Below, one piece after another: positions 38,278-50,937 of a stretch of DNA of 64,000 nucleotides. Each line of letters begins with the position of its first letter. Within the stretch, counting starts at the first letter, position 1. Source of the DNA: Takakia lepidozioides (lineage: Eukaryota > Plantae > Bryophyta); contig CM060734.1 in NCBI GenBank assembly GCA_030704615.1, positions 11,284,001 through 11,348,000 of the forward strand, in the 5' to 3' direction. Below the pieces are notes generated by a model, which had not been told where the DNA came from, did not search any database, and saw only the letters and a list, made by a program, of their open reading frames with translations. The position numbers and the translations under genes are program-made.

Positions 38278-41200
38278 GTACATGTGGTTGCTTGCTGACG
38301 TGGCGTGAGCCTAGCCAGACTCACGCGCAAGCATTCCCTATGGGAGTCTTCAACTTCAAGCTTAGGAGAGCTATGAGTGGAGGTAGACATCTGATTTCTC
38401 TTTGGGGCACAATAGTGTATTTTGTAGAGCATGCTTTGAGTTGGGGTTTCAATCCCAAGCTTGGGAAGAGCATGTTTATGGAAGTGGCAAGTGCAGGGCT
38501 GGATTAGGAGCTCTAAGAGGTGCACTATGACCATAGAAGGAAGCACTATGAGTGCATGCGATGGCTAGAAGAGGGTATGCCATAGAAAGCTCAATAGCTT
38601 GTTTTATGTTTGTTTCAATAAGTTCCATAGAGAAAGAGAGCTTGTTGTGTGGCAAATAGCTTGCTCAGGGAGTTAGATGCACTCTTGGTGGTCTATGGAT
38701 GCTCAAGAAACCAAGAACAGCACCTCTGGTTGCTCCATAGAAGCCATAGTTCGTTGCAGCAATCACAGAGGCAAAGCGGCGCAAACCCTAGCTTGGGAAC
38801 ACGTGTGAACTTCTTGGGAACTTGAGGGAATGCGTGAGAACGCTTGGGAACGCGTGGAAACGTGTAGGAGCGCGTGGGAACATTGCCTAGGGTTGGGAGC
38901 ACCACCATTGTCCCATCGGATGACCTATTGAGCCAGCGGATGAAATCGTGGCAGTGGATGAACTATTGCGCTATCGGATGAAAAATTGTGGCAACGGATG
39001 AAACTGCGTCAGCGGATGAAATCGTGGCAGCGGATGAACTATCGTGCCATCGGATGAAAAATTGCGGCAACGGATGAAACTGCACCAGCGGATGAAATAT
39101 CGCACCAACGGATGAACTATCGTGGTGGATGAAATATCGGACCTGCAGATGAGAAATCGCGGTTTTGGATGAAATTTGGCCAGTGACGGATGAAAAATCG
39201 ACTGACTGTGGATATTTTTGGAGCCTTTTGGGGGCTTTTTGAGGACTATTTGGGGTCTATTGAGGCCAACATCTAGTAGGTATTGGGGCCTGCTTTGAGG
39301 ACTATTTGGGGTCTATTGAAGCCAATATCTTGCAGGCTTGTGGAGCCTGCTTGGGGCTGTTTGAAGGACTATTTGGGGTCCTTTGATGCCAATGTTTGGC
39401 AGGCCTGTGGAGCCTTGTGATTGCTGGTTGGAGGACTGTTGGAGGTCCTTGGAGGCCAATACTTGTCAGATTTGAGGAGCTTCTTAAGGGCTGTTGGAGG
39501 ACTGTTGGAGGTCATTGGAGGCAAATACTTGGCAGATTTGAGGAGCTTCTTAGGGGTTGTTGGAGGACTGTTGGAGGTCCTTGGAGGCCAATACTTGGCA
39601 GATTTGTGGAGCTTCTTAAGGGCTGTTTGGAGGACTCTTGGAGGTCCTTGGAGGCCATATTGGGCAGGCTTGTGGAGCCATTGTGAGGGCTGGTTGGAGA
39701 CCTTGGAGGCCACTAATTGGCGGGCGCCTAGGGTCTTTTGGTGGACTGTTTGGAGTCCAAGTTTGCGAACTTCTTGAACCTCGGTGGGTCTATGTTAGGG
39801 GCTAATTGAGGGCAGATTTCAGAAGTTCATGGCAATAATTTGAGGGCTCTTGAGAGTTATTTGAGAGGTTATTTAAGGATAGTCTTATCTATTGCTCGAG
39901 CAAGAGTGAGTGTGAAGATAGGGGGGAGTAATGGGATGAGAGCATTCTAGGCTTAGACATTGCTTTAGCTTCTCTTCTCTATAGTCTTCCATCATTCTTG
40001 TAGGCCAAAGCTTTTCCGTAAGCAGAGGCAGAGCTAGTTTGGATAGAGACTTGGTCATCTTGCAGGTTTATTGGAGCCGCAAGGCGATCGATTGATTTAA
40101 GTGTGGGAGGTGTTGTTGTTTGAGTTTCCTGTGTTTGGATCCTCCTCCCACACATGCATGCTTGACTGTACGCCATGCTAGTTTGGTTTGGGCGTTTGCT
40201 TTTATAGGTGGTTGTGCCGGAAATATTGTGGCCGGCCAACCCTAGAGCGTGCTGTCGGTGGTGAGGCTGGGATGATGACCAGCAGACCATAGGAGTGCCT
40301 GCGGTGGATGCAGGTGCAGGTGTAGGTTCAGGTTAGGAACATAGTATTCCAAACCATAAACCGCAACAGGTTCTCTACCCGGTTACCTTGTGGAAAGGGG
40401 GATTAGAGACAAGTTGATAGCCGGTTTGAGTGTGAGTTTTCATCACAGAGGTGCCACCAGTTGTTGATGAGAGTGCCGGTACGAGCACCAGCGATACTAG
40501 TGGGTATACAAGATGAGGTGTGCGGTTTAGGCCAACTTCACCTTCAGTGTCTTCTGAGGAAGGTTCAGACTCGGAGTCAGGAGGATTCTCGCCGAGGGTA
40601 CAAGCCATTTCCTTGCCATTGTTGTGGGATACGATGGAGGAAATGTATGGAGCTACTAAGGGCCACGACGGTACTCTGGAGCTGTGGGCACCATCGAGCT
40701 TGATGATTTCATACAGGAGTTTGATAGTTGGTGTGATTTGTAACAGATGCGCAATCCACAACTGTTTACGCCTTTTATGGCGTGGAAGGGGCTGTTTCAA
40801 CACCTTGAGGGGCCGCCTATGGATGACTACCATGAGTTTAGGTGGGGAAATGAGGTGGAGATTGAGGAGTGGCGACAATATTGGTCACCTAACTATGTTT
40901 CCATCACTAGAGGCACAAGGGCAATGGCGACACCAGCAGCTACACCAACATCCCCAACTGCAAGCACTAGTAGTGGGACAAGTAAAGATGGAGCTGGGAA
41001 ATCCACTCAAGCTCTTGCTGCAGCACCAGCACCCGTGCAAACCTTTAACCCAATTGTGGAGTTCTTCGAGGAGTTGAGGAGAAACTACCAGGGGATAAGG
41101 ACGGAGAAATTGCGAAGCTTGCAAGAGTTCCAGCGCAAGCCTACTGAGAGTTTGAGGGAGGCTTACACGCGCATGAGACGATTGATAAATGTAATCCAAA

Positions 41201-43215
41201 GGGTTACGGAAGCTCAAGTGGTCCAATTCTGATATGGGATATTGGACAAGGAGCTGAGGAGAAGGGTGCGGGATGCAACTCTCCTACAAGTGGTCCATCC
41301 CATCTTAGCAAACGTGTTTTTGCTGGCAGAGTGGATAGAGCTCAATATGGTGGAGGAACGAGTGGTCATGGTGGGGTTTGGTAAGGAGACACAACGAAGT
41401 AGGGCTCCTAGCCAACAACAACCACTACCCCAACGTGCTCAAGGCAACAAGGGAGCTCAGGTGAAGCCTAGGGAAGGACAGAGAGGATCTCAATTGCAGA
41501 GGTCACTTCCTTCATTCTTAGGCCAACAACAATCGGGTGTGACATGTTGGGATTGTGGAGGACCTCATATTAAGAGAGATTGCCCGGAGATAGGCAAAGG
41601 GCTGGCAAAGGCACAGCCTACACAACTACAGTGTGGGCATTGTGGCAAGTATGGGCATGAGGAGGCCCATTATTATGACTTCCATCTTGAGCTGCGGCCA
41701 GGCCAGTTCCAAGGGAACAATGGTGGCCGAGGACGAGGCAATGTAGTCTAGAGAGGTAGAGGAGGCAGAGGTTGCGGTGGAGGTCGTAACCAAAACCAGG
41801 GAGCACAAGGTCAAGGTCAAGGTCATGACCAAGGCATGGTGGATAGGCTTGCCCAGCTAGAGCAACGTCTTGCTACCATGGCCACTACTCATGTTGCGCC
41901 AGCTCCAAGGTCTGAGGTTCAAGCCCCACCTGCACAACCTCATATGCCTAGGAAAGACCAGATTGGTATGGGCTTCATGTGTGGAGCCGCACTTGCAGAA
42001 CCATTGCATGTGGACTCTGCAGTTGCTGTCACTCGAGCAGCAACACGTGCTCCTAAGCCAAGAGGAGCAGATGTGGATTTTGATCCACAAAGGGGGGAAG
42101 CAAGTCGATAGACAAGGCTTCCACAGTCTTTCACATTGGCTGAGACAGTGCCAACTACGCCATCGATGGTACCCGCTCGCCCAAGTGTATCAGAGGCAGA
42201 GCCACGAGTGCCATTGGGGAGAGTTGGTGTGGCTCGGGATATGCCAGTGGGTGGTGCTGCAAAGCAAGGTGCAGCCAGTACATTGTTGGGGGCAGCTACG
42301 GTAATTTGCCAAGCTCCATTGTTTTCTGCCACGACAATTGCAATGTCAGGGATGCGGCCAGCTGTAGTGTTTAGACTGGCAGCTGCACTCTGTGAGAGTG
42401 GTGATGTATCGGCACTATCTGCGGGGATAGCGGATAAGGTGCAATGCATGAATGCCCTGGATTCAAGGGTGAAGACAGCCACAGCTGCGCGATGGCAAGC
42501 GGCAGTTGCAAGGTTGCAGGAGTTGCCAGCTAGGCCAGCCATTGATCGCAGTATGGTGACTCCTGGGGTAGTCCTGGTGGACCATCAGGATGGTGTGTTT
42601 CAGTTGGGTGGCCCAACCGGGAGGAGGTATAGGCCACTGCGGGTCTTGTTGGACTCGGGAGCACAACCATTGATGTTGGGAAGAGCACCAATTGCAGGCT
42701 TGGGCCTTACACAGGCGGATCTGGAGCCTTGCCCTTTCCAAATTCAAACATCTTTGGGCGGTTCAGAGAAGGCACGAGGGATTACACGCCATGAGCTCTT
42801 TATTCGATTGCAGCCGGATCATCCTACGGACGGCTGAGTCATGAGAGCTAAAGCCATTGTTACGGACGCGATGTCTTATGATGTGCTTGTTGGTGGGGCG
42901 GTGCTATACCCCATGGGATTCACTCTGGACTTTTGGGAGGAAACGACATCCTACAGGCCGGAATGGCAGTCAGGAGATGGTCGACGTGCACTGCTTTCAG
43001 TGCGGTTTATTGGGAATGTAGCGGTGGATCATAGGAACATGATGCCCACATTGGCTGCATTTTCAGGGGTGGTGGCTTGGGGTGGTGAGCTCTTGGAGGG
43101 CAATAGCTATGCAGATGATAGGCCATCACCTAATGAGGACAAACAATTGGCATACAAGGCTGATTTGTTTCCTCATGTGCTTGTGCATATTCCACTGTGG
43201 GGTAATATCCATTCA
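38278..43215 (+). mobile_element. Ty3/gypsy-like element fragment: LTR-like region, gag and protease; truncated before RT
   Basis: Gag FFEELRRNY..LQEFQRKPTESLREAYTRMRRL, zinc knuckles CWDCGGPHIKRDC and CGHCGKYGHEEAH, protease VLLDSGAQP (~42645). Several in-frame stops. Confidence 0.85.
38930..39760. repeat. Two internal tandem-repeat tracts of an LTR retroelement
   Basis: gcggatgaaa-based ~20-bp repeats (38930-39210) and ~67-bp ggaggactgttggaggtccttggaggccaatacttggcagatttg repeats (39230-39760). Confidence 0.8.
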
Positions 43216-44150
43216 TTGTTCTAGGAAAGCTATTTAGATATCCAATCATTGTCCAAAGAAAATCCACTTCATGTGTGAAGAGTTGGAAAAAACACTTGAA
43301 AACAAAGGAGTAAACTACTTGCTTCATATATTGGAAAAATCAATTTAATTTTTTTCCATGAATTTATTTAGTAATATATCCATTCATTGTTCTACGAAAT
43401 CTATTTAGATATCCAATCATTGTCCGAGGAAAATCCACTTCATGTGTGAAGAGCTGGAAAAAACACTTGAAAACAAACGAATAAACTACTTGCTTCATAT
43501 ATTGGAAAACCCAATTTGTTTTTTATATCCAATTTATTTAGTAATATATCCATTCATTGTTGTAGGAAAGCTATTTAGATATCCAATCATTGTCCGAGGA
43601 AAATCCACTTCATGTGTGAAGAGTTGGAAAAAACACTTGAAAACAAAGGAATAAACTATTTGCTTCATATATTCGAAAAACCAATTTATTTTTTTCCATG
43701 AACTTATTGAGTATTAGATATCCAATCATTGTCCGAGGAAAATCCGCTTCATGTGTGAAGAGTTGAGAAAAACACTTGAAAACAAACGAATAAACTACTT
43801 GCTTCATATATTGGAAAAACCAATTTATTTTTTTCCATGAATTTATTTAGTAATATATCCATTCATTGTTCCAGGAAAGCTATTTTCCAGGAATTTGCAG
43901 GGACCAAAAGTACATATCTCCCCCCGTAGGTCCAAAAATCATGAGAAGAAGCCGGTGCACCCCTACTATACAGATATCCAATCATTGTCCTCGGAAAGCC
44001 AACTTCATGTGTAAAGAGTTGAAAAAAATACTTGAAAACAAAGAAATAAACTATTGAAAAATTCAATTGATTTTTTTCGTGAATTTATTTAGTAATATAT
44101 CCATTCATTGTTCCAAGAAGGCCCACTTTGCTATTTTCCACAAATTTCCA
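43203..44150. repeat. ~170-bp tandem repeat, 5-6 units, with a degenerate unit at ~44845-45015
   Basis: atatccattcattgtt..gatatccaatcattgtccgaggaaaatccacttcatgtgtgaagagttggaaaaaacacttgaaaac recurs at ~43203, 43373 and 43543, then in partial units. Confidence 0.9.
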
Positions 44151-44168
44151 GCGACCATGAGTGAACCG

Positions 44169-44768
44169 GTATATAGGTCCAACCCGGGTATCAATACTGA
44201 TATCAACCCGGGTAGGTAATACCATACCCGGGTGGTAGGTAGGGTGGCCAATACCATACTAGAGGCAATATATACCTTGCACTATACTATGGTTTATACC
44301 ATACACGTCTGGTATAGCAATAGACAAGATTGGTATTGATACCAGTATTGCTGCTATGTGAGCCTCCAAAGGCACATTAGGTGTATGTATGGAGTTAGTG
44401 CAAGGGAATTCAAGGGCATTTTGGCATTTATGGCATCTACTTTATACTCATGTGCAATGTGCAAAAATACATGTATGGTATGGTATATTTTAGCAATGTG
44501 CAATGTGTATGAGCAATGTATTTGGTATGTGCATTGTGTTGTAATTGTGATCCATTGTGAAGGCCAATTCTTTTTCTCAAGTTATTGAATATTTTCTTGA
44601 ATCTACTAAATATTTCACGGCCCCCTTACCCCAATACTAGGACCACAACAGTACTGGGAAATGTGGGCCCTTGTGATACCAGGACCAGTCTGGTATCATA
44701 TTTTCGCAATACTAGTCCAACACTGGTGTGAACACTTGATTTTGTACCTAGGCTCTTGGACTATATAA
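44169..44768. mobile_element. Possible MITE-like insertion interrupting the 170-bp array
   Basis: Imperfect inverted ends tatataggtccaa / ttggactatata and many ggtat/atacc subterminal motifs. No clear TSD. Confidence 0.35.
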
Positions 44769-45009
44769 TACGTGAACAGTCATAGTGTGGACTGTGTCGT
44801 TGAGCACATACTATACAGTCATCTTATATTCCAGACCCAAGTAATTTTTTTTATGAATTTATCAAGTATAACAGATCAAATCATTGTCCGAGGAAAGCCC
44901 TTTTTGCTATTTTTCACGAATTTCCAGCAACCATGTGTGAAGAGTTGAGAAAAACCCTTGAAAAAAACCAAACAAACAACCTTGCTTCATATATTGAAAA
45001 AACCAATTA

Positions 45010-45633
45010 TTTCCAGGGCGTCGCATGCAAGGACTTGGCCAAACTGGCAGTCCTTGGGTCGCACTGCGACGCCTGAGGCGTCGTTTTCAAAGCAACGAAA
45101 GCAGCATCGCTATATAACAACGACGCTTTTGCCCCCAAGACTGACGCTACAACGCCTCAGGCGTCGCAGATATGGACTTAGCCAAACTGGCAGTCAAAGA
45201 GATCGCACTGCGACGCTCGAGGCGTCATTCCTATTGCGACGCCGTATAACAATGACATTTTTTTCCCCAAGATTGACCCATGCGACGCCCCAGGCGTCGC
45301 AGATATGGACGTCGCCAAAATGGCAGTCCCTGGGTCGCTCTGCGACGCTCACGGCGTCGCAGAATGTGCGACGGCAGAGGCGTCGCTATCTAACTGCGAC
45401 GTTCTTGCCCTACGAGACTGAACCTGCAACGCCCTGAGTGTCGCAGCTAGGGACTTGGCCAAATTGGCTGTCCCTTTGCCGCCTTGCGACGCGTCAAGCG
45501 TCGCAAGAATCTGCTGCGACGCTCCCGGCGTCGCAAAAACCGCCGCGGCGGTGGCGTCGCACGGGAAATGGGGCACGGGGGGTTGGGCATCGCTAACCCC
45601 CTCCCCCCCCCCCCTTTTTTTTTTGCAGTAGTG
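45010..45633. mobile_element. Right end of a CACTA (En/Spm) element with subterminal repeats
   Basis: Ends ttttttgcagtagtg (reverse complement CACTACTGCAAAA) at 45633, preceded by many direct and inverted tgcgacgc/gcgtcgca motifs. Confidence 0.75.
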
Positions 45634-47750
45634 GCAAATGGTCTGGGCTTTCCCCTCACCCGAAGCCCAAGCCCCCTTGGGGGCCTTAGTCCCGGTGAAT
45701 TCACTGTTGCGACCAACAACCAGAGACACTAGCTCGAGCACCCCGTGCAGGCCAATCCCCGCCCCTGAACACCTCTGCGTCCTTCTTTACTCAGGGAGAG
45801 ACCTCACCCCCCCTCCCTACACTTAAATCTTTCTGTTTCCCCACATTGCACAAAGTCTTATCACGCCTAAATTATCTACCGACATCATCATCTAATGCAA
45901 AATATTTCTATCTCAGATGGGGCCCCAGCACTGGCCAACATCACTCCTCTCAACCACTCATACCCCCCCTCATCGCTCTCTGCTGACCACGACGGACTCC
46001 ACCAACAAATCACTACCCGTCAGTCTCCATCTACGATACCACAGTCTATCCAGCAAGATATAACACAGCTCCATCTCTGTCAATCGAAGTTCAAGCTTTG
46101 CCCACCACATCACCCCTCTGACCAATCTCTCAGCCCATCTTCTCTGCACTTGGTACCCTCCCCCTCAATTACTCTGGATTCTTACTCCTGCCTTGGATTT
46201 AGTACATAATCCCTTCGTTCTTCTCTTCCCTCTACCCACCAGGCTTGCTGGAAATCCCAAACCAGACATGTCTATTATATAGCATAATAGATTATTCCGC
46301 ACCATCCCCACTCACTCGTACACTACCACTCACCCCTTACTCAATATTTGCCACTGCTGGGCAGCTAAGCTCCTATCCTATGTAGCACTCAGCTCACCAC
46401 TACCTCACCACACAATGCCACACACCAATTCATTAACATCACCTCACTATTCTAACCTCTCCATGTCCCTATTCAGCATGAAGCCTATACCCACGAGCGG
46501 TTCCCTTCCACACACACATACCGAGGTACAGGCACCCACTATTCCATCATATTACAAGGTACTGTCTCTACACAATCTGCTTCCACTCCCCCACCAACCA
46601 CAGACTGATATATGTTATGTCACCAGTAATCTGTCTTTGTCTAAGCTGTTTGCCTTCCTACAATCACATCTCTACCTCCACCCATATAACAATGCAACAT
46701 CCTCATCTACTTATGCAACCCAATTAACTTATTGCCCCTGTACTCACTCTAAGTTGCCTCTATTTCCTGCAACTACAGACTCAGATTCTTACCCTCAATG
46801 CACGACAAGCTGCTCAACGAAGAGCTACGCCACTTGTCGGCTACATGGATCTGTCACAACCACATGCCTCATACACAAGGGCTGGTTTTCTCTATATGTA
46901 AATGTTTTCTCAAACACATTTCATTACTATCAGTTCCATGAGCTGCTTACGTCTCCACATTTTTTCTACCAGCTCCCTGAGCTGAGTCCACTTCTCCACA
47001 CGTATTCTCAGCTCCTTGAGCTACACACCACTAAGCAAAAACAAAGGTGGACGCGTTGCCGAAGCAAGCGTAACTTATGGTGTCACTTGACCCAGAAGGG
47101 CTACTGCCTTCCGGTAGGAAGGTGGACACCTTTTGTAACAACCAACAGGTGGTTTGATCCCACAACCACTCGTACGAGGGTATATGCCCTTACCACTGGG
47201 CTACATGTTGGTTGTTTAAGCAAAAACATTTCCAGCTCCCTGAGCTGCACACCACTTTACAAAAAATATTCAGCTTCCTGAGCTGCACACTACTATACAT
47301 CAATATACCCAGCTCTTCGAATTACTCACTACTCTACACGAAACACCCAGCCTCCAAAGGTACATACTATTCTACCAACAATCACCCAGTCCCCTGAGCT
47401 ATACACCACTATACTTACATAAACACCCAATTGTCAAACGACTTCTAACTCTACATGTTCATACACATGACAATAACGTTACTCATTACACAATAATGCC
47501 ACCGCAGCTAACAAAATATTTTATCACATGTACCCAACCATCTGCTCACACTATACAAGGTGAAGCCACAATTCATACCCGCACTACCCCCATTCTAAGT
47601 CCTAACTCCACCCCTCGCCTCACCAAATACTCCTGGTGCTACACGTCTCTACAACCTGCACCCCCCCAACACCAATTAAAACCCACACAATACCAAACCT
47701 CATTCAAATCATGGCCACCTGCTACCAAACCCCCTAACCCCATACAGATC
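45634..47750 (+). mobile_element. C/A-rich decayed segment resembling a LINE 5' region
   Basis: Same strand composition as 3731-11000, with short cagctccctgagctgcacaccact repeats at 46970-47410. No catalytic motif seen. Confidence 0.4.
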
Positions 47751-49863
47751 AAGATGTTGGGCCTAAGTCGGCAAAGGACGCTGCTGCTCTGGAACAATCC
47801 AAAACGGCAGCTGAGATGGCACAGAAGACGGTGGATGCAGCTGTGCAAGCTCAACAGAAGGGGTCGAAGAAGAAGATTCGCCAGCAAGGAGCAGCAGTTG
47901 TGACACCTAAGAAGACGAAGAAGCAGAAACAGAAAGAGCAGGAAGAGGGTGACGAAGAGGACTCCGATGGAGACTTTGCAACCAGCCCACCCCCCAAAAC
48001 GCCCCTGTGCCCACCGTTGTCACGAAAGGGACAAGAACGGGCTCAGCAAAGAAGGCACTCTTCAACCCCCCGGGGGGGCACCCTTTCGAGCCGGTGGAAA
48101 TGAAGAGGCCAAAAGTGGAGCCAGAAACAGTAGTTCAGTGTGTCAATGAGAGTTTCTTGGCGGCTTTGGATGGACGGGTAGCCAAGTTGGCATACATCAA
48201 GACCATGGAGGGTCTGAAGGGCAGAGCACTAAAGAAGGCGGCTGCTGAAGAGCCTTCCGACACCCTTGGGTTTCTGAAGATGGTCTCGTTCTTTGAGAAG
48301 GTGTGTGCAGGGAAGGATTGCAGGAGGGGCGGAAAAGCCACCGAGTGGTCTTGCGATATGATCATCTTGGATATTCCGGACGGAAAGCCTGTCGAAGGAC
48401 TGCAAGCTTGCCATCTTGGAACAGGTACTCCGAGGACTCTTGGAAGAAAGGATCCGGGCTCGCCCGCATGGTGTTGGACGACAGAGGCTGTGTGGATGTC
48501 TTGGCAAGCAGAGGCAAAAACACGGAGGCAGGAATTGCGAAGTGGACCCGCAAGAGCGCCGTCCCAATTCTGAAGAAGAAGTGGACGTGCATAAACACAT
48601 TGGGCCTTCGGTCGGAAGGGAAGAAGGTAATTACGACATTGACAATCGTCCTTTCATTTTGTAAGCTGTTTTGAAATGCGGTGCCGCATTCGATTTCTAA
48701 TCGTTCCCCACTGTGTATGCAGACGAAGCAGTTCGATGCATACTGCTTTGTGAAGGAGACTCGACCTTTGCTGTCCGGAAAGATGGATTGTTGGTTGACC
48801 CAAACTGCGACCCCATCGATTACGACGTCCTGTTCAACAACGTTCCCACGGAACTCCTCCCTCATAGCCTCACTTCAACGGATCCCCTGCGGTATTCATG
48901 GACTCGGAGCCCTGCCTTCATCCAAATAATTATGGAGGCATGCACTGACCTGGAGGGCAGAGTGCTGGACCTCATCTATGGAACAGGTATGCAGATTCTT
49001 GTACTATGCTGTTCTGTAAATTCTTATTATGTTCAAATTCGTCATATTTGAAGGGCCATGTTTTAATGAGTGGATGCCATTCTAACATGTGCCTCAATGT
49101 GGGCTGGGCGGTTTTCCGACCGGCACCTCTTTGCCTACGAGGAGGACACATCCGTCAAGGGATCCCATCTGGAAGGGCTTCAACGGAATGTGAAGGCTCC
49201 CATCGAAGCCAAAGATTCCTCGGATGATTCGTCGGACTCGGAGGAAGAGACAGTGGACATTGATGCCGAGGAGAACCCGGAATACGAGTGAGTGCAAACA
49301 TCGTAAGTTTGCAAAGCCTTCTGGGTGATTTTTTGTCACATGCATTTCCGGACTGTGGTTCTCATTGGTCTCGTGGGTGATTGTTATGTGCAGAATTCCC
49401 AGATCCGGGTCGAAACCAGTGGCGCCTATATTTCTTGCCAGGGAGAATGTCCCATTCTGTGCGAGGACCGACTTCATGAAGAGCCCGGTGAAGGACTACT
49501 CCCTTCCTAGTTATGCAGCTAAACTTGCAAATACAGCGATTAGACGATGTGAGAATCCCAGTAAAGTAGAGCTGATTTTGGAGAGGGCTAGGGAGGACAG
49601 AAGTATAAGGAAAGAGTTGGCAGCAGCTGAGACAGGTCGACGGGTGCGAAAGTATATATGTGATTCAGCGGAGCGATGCAGACAGGGAGGACGACGACCC
49701 AACGGAGGTGAGATGGTCAGTTCCGCAAGGGGAAGATGGGATTTTCGAAAGCCTGGCCAACGAGCAGTCCGTTGGACATGAGAAAGGCAATGAGGGGGTG
49801 GAAGGGGAGCAGGACAGACAAGGACATGATGACGATAGTGATGATGATTTTCAAGATTGGTAG
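47750..49863 (+). pseudogene. Spliced gene encoding a beta-class N4C/N6A DNA methyltransferase-like domain (copy 2), frameshifted and 5' truncated
   Basis: Motifs DMIILDIPDG, PSWN, VLDDRG, KWTCINTL, TRSPAFIQIIMEACTDLEGRVLDLIYGTG, RHLFAYEED. Introns at ~48628-48722, from 48987, and 49288-49393 fall at the same protein positions as in copy 1. Confidence 0.7.
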
Positions 49864-49996
49864 AATTTTAATTAACTCTCTGTACATTTACATTCTCTTC
49901 CAGAGTATATAAAGGAATTTCTCCCCGCTGTTGATGTCCCCTCTCCCATGTGCTTCTAAACGACACCATCTTTCAAACCACGTCCTTCCCAAAACC

Positions 49997-50937
49997 GGAA
50001 ATGCGGCGCCGCATTTCCATGTCGGAACGGATAAATGGAAATGTGACAACTGCAAATACATCGTTTGGAAATGCGGCACCACATTTCCATAACTGGGGCA
50101 AGAACAATTTTCCGTTTCCTATTCTGGACATCAGAAACTGTTCGGCCGAACGGAAATGCGGTGCCGCATTTCACCGCATTTCCGTTTTCGACATGGAAGT
50201 TTTGCTGATTGCCAGCTCTTTCCATTGAGGTAAATGGAAATGCGACGCCGCAATCGGAGGTCAAACACGTTATTCCCATGGCGGACATGGAAATGCGGTG
50301 CCGCATTTCCATTTTGGAGATGGATGTTTGTCCAATTCCAGACCCTTCGACGGAAATGCGGCACGCATTCCATTGTCCAATATAAAATTTCGATGACGGA
50401 CATGGAAATGCGGTGCCGCATTTCCATTTTGGAGATGGATGTTTGACCAATTCCAGACCCTTTGACGGAAATGCGGGACCACATTCCATCGTGGTGGACG
50501 GAAATGCGGTGCCGCATTCCATTGTCTAATACGAAATTTCGATGATGGACATGGAAATGCGGTGCCGCATTTCCAGAACGGACATCGTTGTTTGTCCAAT
50601 TCCAGACCCTTCGACGGAAATGCGGCACCGCATTCCATCGTGCTGGACAGAAATGCGGTGCCGCATTCCATTGTCCAATACGAAATTTCGATGACGGACA
50701 TGGAAATGCGGTGCCGCATTTCCAGAACGGACATGGACATGCATTGGCGATTGGACATGCTTGGAAAATTCAAGGTCGAATATAAAAATGCGGTGCCGCA
50801 TTTGGAATTCGAAGTATGGAAATGCCATGTCAAGAAAGGAAATGCGGTACCGCATTTCCGTTACGACCAGAATGGAGGAGTGGGAGCTGCCGGAAATCGC
50901 TGCATGGAAAAAAATGAAATGCGGTGCCGCATTTCCG
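49997..50937. repeat. Array of ~16 22-bp palindromes (ggaaatgcggtgccgcatttcc) with ~149-bp higher-order units
   Basis: Copies at ~49997, 50067, 50152, 50236, 50289, 50352, 50404, 50467, 50500, 50553, 50616, 50650, 50702, 50785, 50838 and 50916. One extra copy lies in the intron at ~48673. Confidence 0.92.

Noticed and set aside
39369-39777. Repeat-containing ORFs on both strands
   Set aside because: They arise from the ~67-bp tandem repeat and have no coding support.
34395-49863. Bacterial contamination or a restriction-modification system as the source of the MTase motifs
   Set aside because: Both copies have GT-AG introns at conserved positions and are nested among plant TEs. No restriction endonuclease is recognisable.
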